This document shows positions 55,225-64,000 of a stretch of DNA of 64,000 nt, piece by piece. The position numbers and the translations under genes were made by a program. Every line of letters starts with the position of its first letter. Within the stretch, counting starts at the first letter, position 1. A model generated the notes under the pieces. That model made no database searches and was not told the origin of the DNA. It was given only the letters and a program-made list of their open reading frames with translations. Source of the DNA: a virus (Duplodnaviria > Caudoviricetes); IMG/VR virus record IMGVR_UViG_3300013426_000028, positions 31,643 to 95,642 of that record; one strand, 5' to 3'.

Positions 55225-57991
55225 ATGATAAGTGTATACGGTCAGAAAACGGATTGTGGGGTGACAATTCGCGAAGCTGAATCTATAAAAAGATATGTAG
55301 CATTGATTCAATGGGGCAGGAAAAATCCTGTTCAATTTGTTGAAAAAATTTTGCAAATATCTTTGATCGATTATCAAAAATGGTTGATAGCTATGTCTTG
55401 GGACAAAGAATATGTTGTTTGGGCTTGTAGTCGAAATGCGGGCAAATCATTTTTGGTAAGTATTATTATGTTAGCAAGGTCTTTGTTATTTCCTAAAACA
55501 AAGATTCATATATTATCTGTTGCTGCAAAACAAGCAATGGATACTTTTAGCACAATGGAATCTATTGCTAAAAATCAAGTTAAAACTTTAATTAGTGATA
55601 ATAGTGTTTTTAGAGATGAAATAGTAAAAATGAAGTCTGATTCAGACGGATTTACACATGACGCTAAAAAAGGAAGTAATGTAACACTGTTGAATGGATC
55701 TTTTATTCAATCGGTGTCCGGTACAGCCAAAACTGTAAGGGGAAAAAGATCTAATTTGAATGTATACGATGAAGCTGGGTTTATTGAAATCTTGTAAAAA
55801 CAAGACCACGGTAAGCGTGTAGGGAAACTTGCACGAAGAGATTTTGTCTCACCCAATTACTTGAATTGCTGGAAAATCCTAAAGCTAATCTAACTACAAC
55901 ATAATATCAAATAGATATAGGTGTGATAGTTACGAAAGTAGAAAAAATAGATTAGATGGTGCAAGGTTAAATCCTAAATACTAATACAATGGAAAATCAG
56001 CAGCCAAGACCGAAAGGTAAGGTTCAACGATCATCCTATAAAAAGGAGTAAGAGTAAGCACTCTGAAGTGGGTAAGCCTAAACAGGTTATGCAAGGAAAA
56101 GATATGATCTGTGCTCATATGAAAGTATGAGATACCTGCCATTAGATATGGTAAGGATGTATAAAATTAGCGAATTTATACGAACGTAAATATAAACAAT
56201 TATATGGTAACGGTAATTGTTGTTATTAAGCTCAAAAGAATTTTTTGACGTTACCGAACCATTCTGTACTCAAAGTTCAGAATTTAAAACTGGTGCTAAT
56301 TATGATCCAGAGGTATATCCAAAGGAAATACCAAACCTTAGACTATATGTAGGATCAGCATCAGATACAAACTCTTTGTTCTATGCGAAATATAAAGAAG
56401 GCGTGAAGCAAATGATAGCAGGTAATGATAAATATTTCGTTGCCGACTTGAATTGTGAAATGCCATTGCATCCAACAATGAATGGTAAACCTTACGGTGC
56501 ATTATTGTCACAAGATGAAATTGACCGTAAGATGAGAGAAAATGAAATTATAGCATTAAGAGAATACTATAATATATTCGATAGATTTGATTTAGAAGAT
56601 TCTGTTGTAACAAGAAGTGATATAATGGATAACGAAAAGATATATTTACCATCTTGTACTTGGGGTGGTAAGAAACATAAATATGTAATTGCATATGACC
56701 CTGCTGCAAAGAGCGATAATGCTCCTGTATTAGTTACAGATATTATAGAAAGGGAAGATGGCACTATTGGTGCAAGATTCGTACATATGGAAAACTTAAT
56801 TACAGTTTATGGAGACGGTTCTAAGAGACCTATGAAGATAGAAGATCAAGTACAAAGACTTAGAGAAATGATTTATGACTATAACGGACGTGATAATAAC
56901 GCTCCTTATGACAATGTTATGTTCCTCCTTGATAAGCCGAATTGCCTGTTCAAAGTGTCAAGATATACTAGAAATAGATATCAGGCTGGGAACTAAAATA
57001 AAGCCTAATTGTTTTAATTGCTGGAAACCCTTAAAGTTGTATAAACTAAAGCGGAATATTTTATAAAAGATATAAATGCGAATGTTACGAAAGTAGAAAA
57101 AATTATACAAATACATACAAGGTGTGAACCTAAATATGTGTAAAATAGGCAACCGTAGCAGCCAAGCTCGTGAGAGAAGGTTCAACGACCATCCTTTTTA
57201 AAAGGAGTAGGGGAAACCCGAAATGGACAAACCTGAACGTTTCAAGACGAAGGATAAGATATGGTCTAAACTAATTATGAAAAAATTAGAAAAAAGGGCG
57301 ATTACAAGCCTATAAATTAGCTGGTACAGGCGGCCAGGCCCCGACGATTGCTCAGATGTTATGTAAAGAATGGACAGACAAAACAGGAAAAGTTCATCCT
57401 GGTTTATATGATGAAAATTCTAAAGATATGAAAAGATGGGCAGAAGCAAATCCAAAGGCGATCAGAGGAAGAATGTGGTTAATAGAACCAACAAAATATA
57501 GAAACATGATGTTTGATGCGACACATAGACTTGTACAATCAGGAATTGTAGAATTTCCTCCTCAATGTCCTAAATACGACACTTTAGTTCTTGAAGATGG
57601 AACCGAACGTAAGTTAAGTAAAACAGAAATGGCTTCTTTAATTCAAATGGATTTAATGAAAGAAGAAATGGTATATATGACAAGATTTAAAACACCAAAA
57701 GGTATTGTCACGTATGGACTTCCTCCTGAAAAAGCAAGAAAGATGCACGATGATAGAAACTACGTTGCTATCATGACGTTACTTTATATTGATAAATTAA
57801 GAGCAGAAGGAGGATTGGGAGAACCTGCAGCTGTAGATTTTTCTGCGTTCTTTGAAGCTCCTAAAACTTATGAGCAAGTCAAGAAAGAATTGCCTGAAGC
57901 AGATAGCGGATGGACTAATATGATGGGAGGACGTTCTGGGAGAAGAATTAGTAATAATTCTCCTTTTAAAGGCAATAATCCATTTAGATAA
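55225..57991 (+). CDS. terL: Terminase large subunit; join(55225..55784,56231..56933,57320..57991), 644 aa
   Basis: Walker A SRNAGKS, RGKR, Walker B VYDEAGFI|SKEFF, VGSAS, nuclease AYDPA, LLD|AGTGG, HDDR. Confidence 0.92.
55785..56230 (+). ncRNA. Group I intron 1 in terL (446 nt, ORF-less)
   Basis: P AAUUGCUGGAAA, Q AAUCAGCAG, R UUCAACGAUCAU, S AAGAUAUGAUCU; P1 GUUUAU/GUAAGC; terminal G; AT|C restores Ile in frame. Confidence 0.9.
56934..57319 (+). ncRNA. Group I intron 2 in terL (~386 nt, ORF-less; boundary non-canonical by 1 nt)
   Basis: P AAUUGCUGGAAA, Q AACCGUAGCAG, R UUCAACGACCAU, S AAGAUAUGGUCU; P1 CUUGAU/GUCAAG. Confidence 0.88.
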
Positions 57992-58064
57992 AAAATACAA
58001 AAATGTCGATTGTTAAATTTAGTCATTTTGAAAAAGTGGCTTGCAATCGGCATTTTTTCTTTAT

Positions 58065-58104
58065 GTTACGCAGGAATATCCGTAAAAGTATATATGGAAA
58101 GAGA
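58065..58104 (+). promoter_or_regulatory. 40-bp repeat copy 2, putative late promoter
   Basis: Identical to 50527-50566; upstream of the portal operon. Confidence 0.75.
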
Positions 58105-58151
58105 GAGAAAAAATAGAAATTTTTTCCTCGTTGTGAAAGGAGCAAAAAAGG

Positions 58152-58535
58152 ATGATTTGTTGTAAGATAATGACAAATTATAGCGACAGAAATGCTCAAT
58201 TTTCTGTGTTGCTAAAAAAGTTAGAAAGACTAGGAGATATCTTATGTGCTAATGGAAGCTTGTTCTTTAGTTCAGAAGATAAAGTAGTTACAAGTAAGAC
58301 AATAAAGAGAGCATTTAAAAATAGTGGTTATAACGATTGTTATATTATGGAATACACCAAAGAAAATGCTCCACAAGAAGACGATGATACAAATAGATGG
58401 CTGAATGATCATTTAGTTCGTAATTCATTTAAAGAATATGAAAGAGTAAATCAAGCCACATTAAAAAATATTAGTCAAAAATTAATAGAACTTGATAAGT
58501 TTGTAAATGAGATGTCTGAAAATCAAGCAAAGTAA
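58152..58535 (+). CDS. Hypothetical protein
   Basis: AAAGGAG RBS. Confidence 0.7.
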   Translation: MICCKIMTNYSDRNAQFSVLLKKLERLGDILCANGSLFFSSEDKVVTSKTIKRAFKNSGYNDCYIMEYTKENAPQEDDDTNRWLNDHLVRNSFKEYERVNQATLKNISQKLIELDKFVNEMSENQAK

Positions 58536-58554
58536 AAAAGGAGGTCTTGACATA

Positions 58555-60528
58555 ATGGCTGAAACAAAAAAGAAAAAAGTCGGTAGACCGAAGAAGTCTG
58601 AAGTTGCAAAAGAAGAAATTGTCAATGAAACTCCTCAAAGACTTGAAATGGCGGGAAAACAAGAAGAATATACCGTTGAAAGTGTAGGTAAGCAATGGGC
58701 ATCAGTTTTTAATAATTTGTTTAATAGATATGAAAGAAATGATTCTATAGATAACAAAAATTCTATTTCTAAGACAATGGCTCAATGGAATAAATTAAAT
58801 CCTTTCTTGCAAAATCAAAGAATTAAAAATTTATATACTCAAGCCGCCACATATAATAAACAAGATATTGGAAGATTTTTACAATCTCCTGGAGAAAATG
58901 AACAAGCATTAAGAAGTATTGCTTGGTCTAATAGTAGCAGTCAGTCTATATACTATAATATATTAAGAAGATCTTGTGATATTCCTCAATATAAATATTT
59001 TGTTGTTCCAGAATATAGTGAAGATGAAAAATTTTATAGTATTGATTCTTTTAAACAAGAAGATGCTTTAGTACATTCGTGGTTAGAAATGTTTAATATT
59101 CCTAACACATTTAAAACTATGGCATTACAAATTAAAAGAGAAGGAAAACAATCGTACTTATTAAGAAATAGTTTTGAAGGCGAAGGTAAGCAAAAAAAGC
59201 CTTGTTATTGTGCTCTTCAAAAAATGCCAACAGACTGGATAAAAATAACAGGAATTGGACAATTAGGTTATACTATATCCTTTAATATGTTATACTTTTT
59301 AAATATTGCAAATTATCCGTCATTTTTCGGAGAATTTATAGAAAATGCGTGGAAGGATATGATGACACAAGGCGTTATATCAGCTTCTACAGATGATATG
59401 GGAAGAATTACTAAATATAATTTTTGTCCAGATAAAGCAATGGGATATAGTTTCAATTATCAAGGAACAAATTATTCCAGCACATTTGAAAGTAATAAAA
59501 GAGGTAGGGTCCAAGAATATTTATTTTGGATAAAAATACCTTATGATATATGTTATACATTTGGAAGTGATAATTCTACCCCTTGGGCAGCTCCAGATAC
59601 AATGGGTTTGCTTCAAAAATTGCAAGAATTATCAGATTATGGAACATTAGCAGGATTAATTGCTAGTACTCCATTAACAGCAGTTTTAACAGGTGAAATT
59701 GAAACAGTTAATGATCCAAAACCAGGCAAGAACGAAAGCGTTTATAGTCCTGAAGTCATTAAAGGTATGCAAGATTTGTTTAATGCTGTTACGAGCACTA
59801 ACGTAGAAGCGTGGATGTGGCCTGCTAAAAATATTAAATTACAACAATTGAATGCAGATGTTAATTCAAGTGATATTGTTACAAAAGCCACGCAAAACTT
59901 TGTTGTCTCAGCGGGAGATTCTGGTTTAACTATTACAACAGATAAGCCAAACGTCTCGCAAATTAAGACAGCACAATTATTAGCAGCGTCTCAACAAAGA
60001 TATGTTACATTACAATTTGAACAAGTTATGAATTTTATTTTAAAATATAAATTAGGGTTCAAATACGAATGGAAAATTAAAATTTGGGGAGACATATTCT
60101 CTTTTGAAAGTGAAAAGAAATATTTAAAGGAATTAGTTTCTGGTGGAGCAATGTTCTTATTGCCAAAACTTGCTTCTGCGGAAGATATTAGTTTGAGAGA
60201 CGTTAAAGCAATGACCAGTTATATTAAGACTTTAGATTTTTATAAAAATTTTGCAACATTAACGATGGAGCGTAATAGTGAATTAACAGAAAAAGAATCT
60301 AATGCTAAAGTGGACGATGAGACTAAGAAAACAGGACAAGTCGGAAGACCATCGTTAGACGAAGATGAAATTGAAAATGACGCAACAGCGGCAAGCAGAC
60401 AAGACGGAACTAATACAGTAGAAAATAGAGACACAATGAGCAAAAAGTGTCCTATATGTGGTGCTGAATTAGAAGAAGGTCAAATTGTTTGTGAAGAATG
60501 TGCAGAATTAATTAAAGAACAAGAATAA
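58555..60528 (+). CDS. Probable portal protein (YonE-like) with C-terminal zinc ribbon
   Basis: Position after terL, ~657 aa, KMPTDWIKITG, acidic tail with VGRP; ATG 58555 behind AAGGAGG. Confidence 0.8.
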   Translation: MAETKKKKVGRPKKSEVAKEEIVNETPQRLEMAGKQEEYTVESVGKQWASVFNNLFNRYERNDSIDNKNSISKTMAQWNKLNPFLQNQRIKNLYTQAATYNKQDIGRFLQSPGENEQALRSIAWSNSSSQSIYYNILRRSCDIPQYKYFVVPEYSEDEKFYSIDSFKQEDALVHSWLEMFNIPNTFKTMALQIKREGKQSYLLRNSFEGEGKQKKPCYCALQKMPTDWIKITGIGQLGYTISFNMLYFLNIANYPSFFGEFIENAWKDMMTQGVISASTDDMGRITKYNFCPDKAMGYSFNYQGTNYSSTFESNKRGRVQEYLFWIKIPYDICYTFGSDNSTPWAAPDTMGLLQKLQELSDYGTLAGLIASTPLTAVLTGEIETVNDPKPGKNESVYSPEVIKGMQDLFNAVTSTNVEAWMWPAKNIKLQQLNADVNSSDIVTKATQNFVVSAGDSGLTITTDKPNVSQIKTAQLLAASQQRYVTLQFEQVMNFILKYKLGFKYEWKIKIWGDIFSFESEKKYLKELVSGGAMFLLPKLASAEDISLRDVKAMTSYIKTLDFYKNFATLTMERNSELTEKESNAKVDDETKKTGQVGRPSLDEDEIENDATAASRQDGTNTVENRDTMSKKCPICGAELEEGQIVCEECAELIKEQE

Positions 60529-60896
60529 CGGTAGTAGTAGAATAAAATAAGGGTTTTATTTGAAGTAAAAATAGAAGGGTTCATGGTGTTCGTAAGAACT
60601 CGTGCTCCTAACGAGGAGGTACTATATGTGCTGTCGACAATGTCCTGCGGGATATCTGTCTGAGCGGCTTTTGAAAAAAAGCCCGTATGAGCTTTTCTTT
60701 TTTACTTTTTTAAAAAATATAGTTTAATAAGAGAAAAATTGTGATAGAGCATGGTCTTTGTTAAAGGGACGCTCCACGTTGTGGGCTTCTATATGTTCTG
60801 TAGTAACTTTTTTGCGGAGAAGGATACTTAATGCTTAATCAAATTTTTCTCTTTTTACTATTGTTGTAAAATAATAAAAAAGGAGAATGAACTTGT

Positions 60897-61394
60897 ATGC
60901 TAATGGATAAGAGAACAGAAGAATCTTTAAATCGTTTGCTTCAAGAATTGTTCGATGGTAATGCAATTGTAGATAATTTTGTATATAATTTAATTTATAA
61001 TGGATTTAATGAATTAGGCGAAGCTATTCATAAACCAGTTGCGCATAAATTGCCAGAATGGGCTGATTCTATAAGTGATTTAATAGATCAAATGGGTGGT
61101 CGTCCTGTAAGATATGGTTTAGAAGATCATAAGGATGATATTAAAGAGGTAAAAGAAGTTTTTAAAGAATTAAATAATTATTTTTTAAGACTTCGTGAAA
61201 TAGTGAACAAAATAATTGAAGATGTAGATATGATGGGAGATGCTGAAGTTCGCATTTTCTTAGAAGATTTTTTAAACAAGATGGTTATGCCGTATGTTAG
61301 ACAATCTGAAGAATGGAAAAAGGCTTCTGAAAGAATTAGTGCTGATACGTTTAATATTCATATCAAAGAGTACACTCATTATATAAAAGATTAA
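60897..61394 (+). CDS. Ferritin/Dps-like four-helix protein
   Basis: Helical pattern; GFNELGEAIH..AH..E.AD.I.D...MGGRP; GD.EVRIFLEDFL. Confidence 0.65.
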   Translation: MLMDKRTEESLNRLLQELFDGNAIVDNFVYNLIYNGFNELGEAIHKPVAHKLPEWADSISDLIDQMGGRPVRYGLEDHKDDIKEVKEVFKELNNYFLRLREIVNKIIEDVDMMGDAEVRIFLEDFLNKMVMPYVRQSEEWKKASERISADTFNIHIKEYTHYIKD

Positions 61395-61399
61395 TGTAG

Positions 61400-62269
61400 G
61401 TGATTATTATGATATGGTTAGATAGTATAGCAACTACAGAATGGGTGAAGTATGGAGTAGAGGGAGCAATATTTTTAATTGCTATTGCTATTCTTTCAGT
61501 TTTTACTTATCGTATAAAAAAACAAGTAGATGAAAATATAAAAAGAAGTGACGCGCAAGAAGAACGTGTTACTGAAAGGCAAAGAGCAGTAGATGAACAA
61601 TTGCAGCAAATTATTGCACTTGTAAGTCATATTCAAGACGAGAGAAATGATAGAAGTCATAAAGCTAAAGAAGAAGCAAAGAGTCGAGAAATAGACAATT
61701 ATATTGTAGATCAATTACAAGGATTGTTGGTGAGTTTGCATTGTGCGAGAACATATTATGTTTGTTATCATAATGGATCTTGGAGTAACAATGGAATGAG
61801 CTTACAAAAAATGTCTATTTCAGCAGAACGTACTAATTTAGATGTTTCTAGTATTACAAAAGAATTACAACAAATGCCACGATCTTTTTTAATGTATTTT
61901 GATAAGCAGTTGGTGGAAAACAATAGAATTTTTTGCTCAGATGTTAAAGATTTAGAGCAAAAAGATACTATGGCATATAATTGGCTACATAGTCATCAAT
62001 GTACAAAGATTGCAATTGTTGGAATACGAGATGAATATCATAAATATTTAATAGGGTTCGTTGTTGCAGAATATAGTGAACAATATCCGCCTTTAGTAGA
62101 TATGAGTGATAAAAAGATCGAATTACAAGTTAGTAAAACTGCAGAAAGAATGTCAGGTGCTTTGCAAGTAGTTCATAGAAAAGAAGAACATCATGAAGAG
62201 CAAGATAGTCATCAAGACAGGTCTATAAGACATATAACAATTCAAGGAGGTGTCGACACAAATGACTAA
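61400..62269 (+). CDS. Membrane protein: N-terminal TM, coiled coil, GAF-like domain
   Basis: TM at residues ~20-36; R.YY..YHNG...KMSISAE...IGFVVAEY. Confidence 0.65.
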   Translation: MIIMIWLDSIATTEWVKYGVEGAIFLIAIAILSVFTYRIKKQVDENIKRSDAQEERVTERQRAVDEQLQQIIALVSHIQDERNDRSHKAKEEAKSREIDNYIVDQLQGLLVSLHCARTYYVCYHNGSWSNNGMSLQKMSISAERTNLDVSSITKELQQMPRSFLMYFDKQLVENNRIFCSDVKDLEQKDTMAYNWLHSHQCTKIAIVGIRDEYHKYLIGFVVAEYSEQYPPLVDMSDKKIELQVSKTAERMSGALQVVHRKEEHHEEQDSHQDRSIRHITIQGGVDTND

Positions 62270-63923
62270 TAATAGAAAATTATGTTTTGAAGTTAATACA
62301 GATAGCATAAAGATAAAGAAATTATTAAAAAGAGATTTTTTAGAATTGTCTATGAAAGTCATAAGTGACGCAAATCCAAACAATAATGGCTCGTGGTTTA
62401 CCGTTGAATCAATGAAAAAAGCGTTGCCATCATTTAAAAACAAGCCAATTTTGGGTTATTTTAATAATGGAGATTTTGTAAGTCATAACGGCGAATGGAA
62501 AAAAGATACAGAAACTAATATGGAATATTGGGACACTTTGGGTGTTCAAGGTGAACGAATATTAGGCTTAATTAGATGTGAAGATGATGTGAAAATTGAA
62601 AAAAATCCAGATGATGGACTTAACTGGATTACATTAACTTGTGCATTATGGGTGCAATATTCATACAAACAAGTTAAAAGATTATTAAAAGATGCTTTGT
62701 CTGCTAAAGAAAACGGTGGACCTACTAAAAATGTTTCGGTGGAAATTGATATTTTGGACGGGGAAGAAATGGAAAACGGTGTCTATAAAATTAAAGATTT
62801 CAAATTAGTAGGTATTACTATTTTAGGAAGCAGAAACGGTATCAAAGTCCAACCAGGCATAGAAAACGCAGAATTATCTGTTGTTGATATGATGGATAAA
62901 GAAGTATTTGATAAACAAGCTAATGCTATTCGAATGGCATATAGCAAATTAGATGAAAATACAAATATAGAAGAAAAAGGAGGTAATACTTTAATGGAAT
63001 TAGAAAAGGAAAAGTCTGATGTCATTACAGAAGAGCCAAAAATAGAAACTCCTGTAGAAGAAAAACCAAAAGAAGTTTTTGAACAAAAGGCAGAAGACGA
63101 TAAAAAAGAAGATAAAGAAGTTAAAGAAGAAAAGCCTGAAAAATATGATGTAGAAGAAGTTGAAGATAGAGAGGCATATAAAATACCTGATTCAGGTATA
63201 CGAGATATGACTTGGTATTTACAAGATATAAACGGATCAATTTCTGATTCAGAAGATTTTAAAAAATCTTTAGAAGAAGGATATGTAACAGTAGATCATA
63301 AAGATTTAGTATTAAAAATTTTAAACAGATATATTCTTATGATGAAAGCAATTCGTCAAGATTTGGTTACCGCAATTGCAGAATTGTCTGAAGAAAATTT
63401 AAAGGATGCATTAGAATTAGAAGATTCATTATCGCAATATGAAGATTCAAAATGTTTATTATCTCATTGCAAAGACTTGGAAGCAAATTGTAAGGAATTA
63501 GAAATGAGTTGTAAAGATTATGAAGGAAAATGTGGAGAATTAGAACAAGAATGTAAGACATTTAAAGAACGCTGTGAGAAAGCGGAATGTGCTAATAAAG
63601 AATATGAGCATAAAGAATATATGAAAAACGTTGAAGAAATGTTATCACAAGCTTGTTTAATTGGTGAAGAAGATAAAAAATCTTTATTTGATAAATGCGA
63701 AAGTAGAGAAATTAATTCATTAGATGATTTAAAGGTCCAAATAGGTCTTGCAATGTTTAATATTGCAAGTAAAAATCCTGTAGAATCTACAACAAAAGTT
63801 AATGCTGTATTTGCTGCTCCTGTCGAAAAGACTCCTAATATCACTATTGGTTCAGCTGAAGAATTAAATAAAAAAGGTAGTAAGAATAGTTGGGATATTC
63901 TCGACAAATATTCAGAAAAATAA
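62262..63923 (+). CDS. Prohead protease/scaffold (YonD-like)
   Basis: PNNNGSWF, SFKNKPILG, SH, VSVEI, GITILG, PGIENA, then acidic coiled coil. Confidence 0.8.
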   Translation: MTNNRKLCFEVNTDSIKIKKLLKRDFLELSMKVISDANPNNNGSWFTVESMKKALPSFKNKPILGYFNNGDFVSHNGEWKKDTETNMEYWDTLGVQGERILGLIRCEDDVKIEKNPDDGLNWITLTCALWVQYSYKQVKRLLKDALSAKENGGPTKNVSVEIDILDGEEMENGVYKIKDFKLVGITILGSRNGIKVQPGIENAELSVVDMMDKEVFDKQANAIRMAYSKLDENTNIEEKGGNTLMELEKEKSDVITEEPKIETPVEEKPKEVFEQKAEDDKKEDKEVKEEKPEKYDVEEVEDREAYKIPDSGIRDMTWYLQDINGSISDSEDFKKSLEEGYVTVDHKDLVLKILNRYILMMKAIRQDLVTAIAELSEENLKDALELEDSLSQYEDSKCLLSHCKDLEANCKELEMSCKDYEGKCGELEQECKTFKERCEKAECANKEYEHKEYMKNVEEMLSQACLIGEEDKKSLFDKCESREINSLDDLKVQIGLAMFNIASKNPVESTTKVNAVFAAPVEKTPNITIGSAEELNKKGSKNSWDILDKYSEK

Positions 63924-63940
63924 AGAATGCAGGTAAAAAT

Positions 63941-64000
63941 ATGAAAAATACATTTAAAGAAGGCAAGATGCTAAGTAATGTTGCTGATAGCTATCTTGCA
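63941..64000 (+). CDS. Start of next head gene (truncated by the window)
   Basis: Open frame MKNTFKEGKMLSNVADSYLA to the window end. Confidence 0.55.
   Translation, partial: MKNTFKEGKMLSNVADSYLA

Noticed and set aside
55225-57991. Fragmented terminase or alternative genetic code
   Set aside because: Both gaps contain group I P/Q/R/S elements; all other genes read normally in code 11
864-63907. Numerous antisense or nested shadow ORFs in the track (e.g. 864..1115, 10585..10878, 33813..34190, 47710..48036, 63518..63907)
   Set aside because: Fully overlap longer genes that have recognisable motifs and RBSs

Overview
A 64-kb piece of a large, AT-rich tailed phage genome of the SPbeta-like type, standard genetic code. 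The host is probably a Bacillota/Bacilli gut bacterium, judged from sigmaA promoters, a parS site, a Bacillus-type boxA and a DprA-like fragment. Layout: (1) 1-14.6 kb, + strand: RNA/tRNA-repair and nucleotide genes (RNA ligase, cysteine desulfurase, ThyX, RlaP-like nucleotidyltransferase, CCA-adding enzyme), small ORFs and a sigma factor. (2) 14.6-20.2 kb: mostly non-coding, with an origin-like region (skew switch, short repeats, parS) and a promoter+boxA-driven ~800-nt structured RNA. (3) 20.2-42.1 kb, - strand: about 45 small early/host-takeover-type genes (ClpP, single-domain Clp ATPase, SprT, cold-shock, PcfJ, DprA fragment). Their intergenic gaps hold a twister ribozyme, a pistol-like ribozyme, several families of repeated covarying RNA structures and about 12 copies of AATAGGAACA. 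(4) 42.2-49 kb, - strand: a YonO-like single-subunit RNA polymerase whose DYD|GD catalytic motif is split by a group I intron, followed by an IscB/omegaRNA element inserted exactly between an RBS and its ATG. (5) 49.7-64 kb, + strand: late genes, namely a metallophosphoesterase, a TerS candidate, a free-standing homing endonuclease, TerL split by two group I introns, portal, a ferritin-like protein and the prohead protease/scaffold. The best candidate for an undescribed system is the RNA-level control layer on the 22-kb early operon together with the convergent long ncRNA. All calls are by eye from sequence; no searches or folding programs were run.
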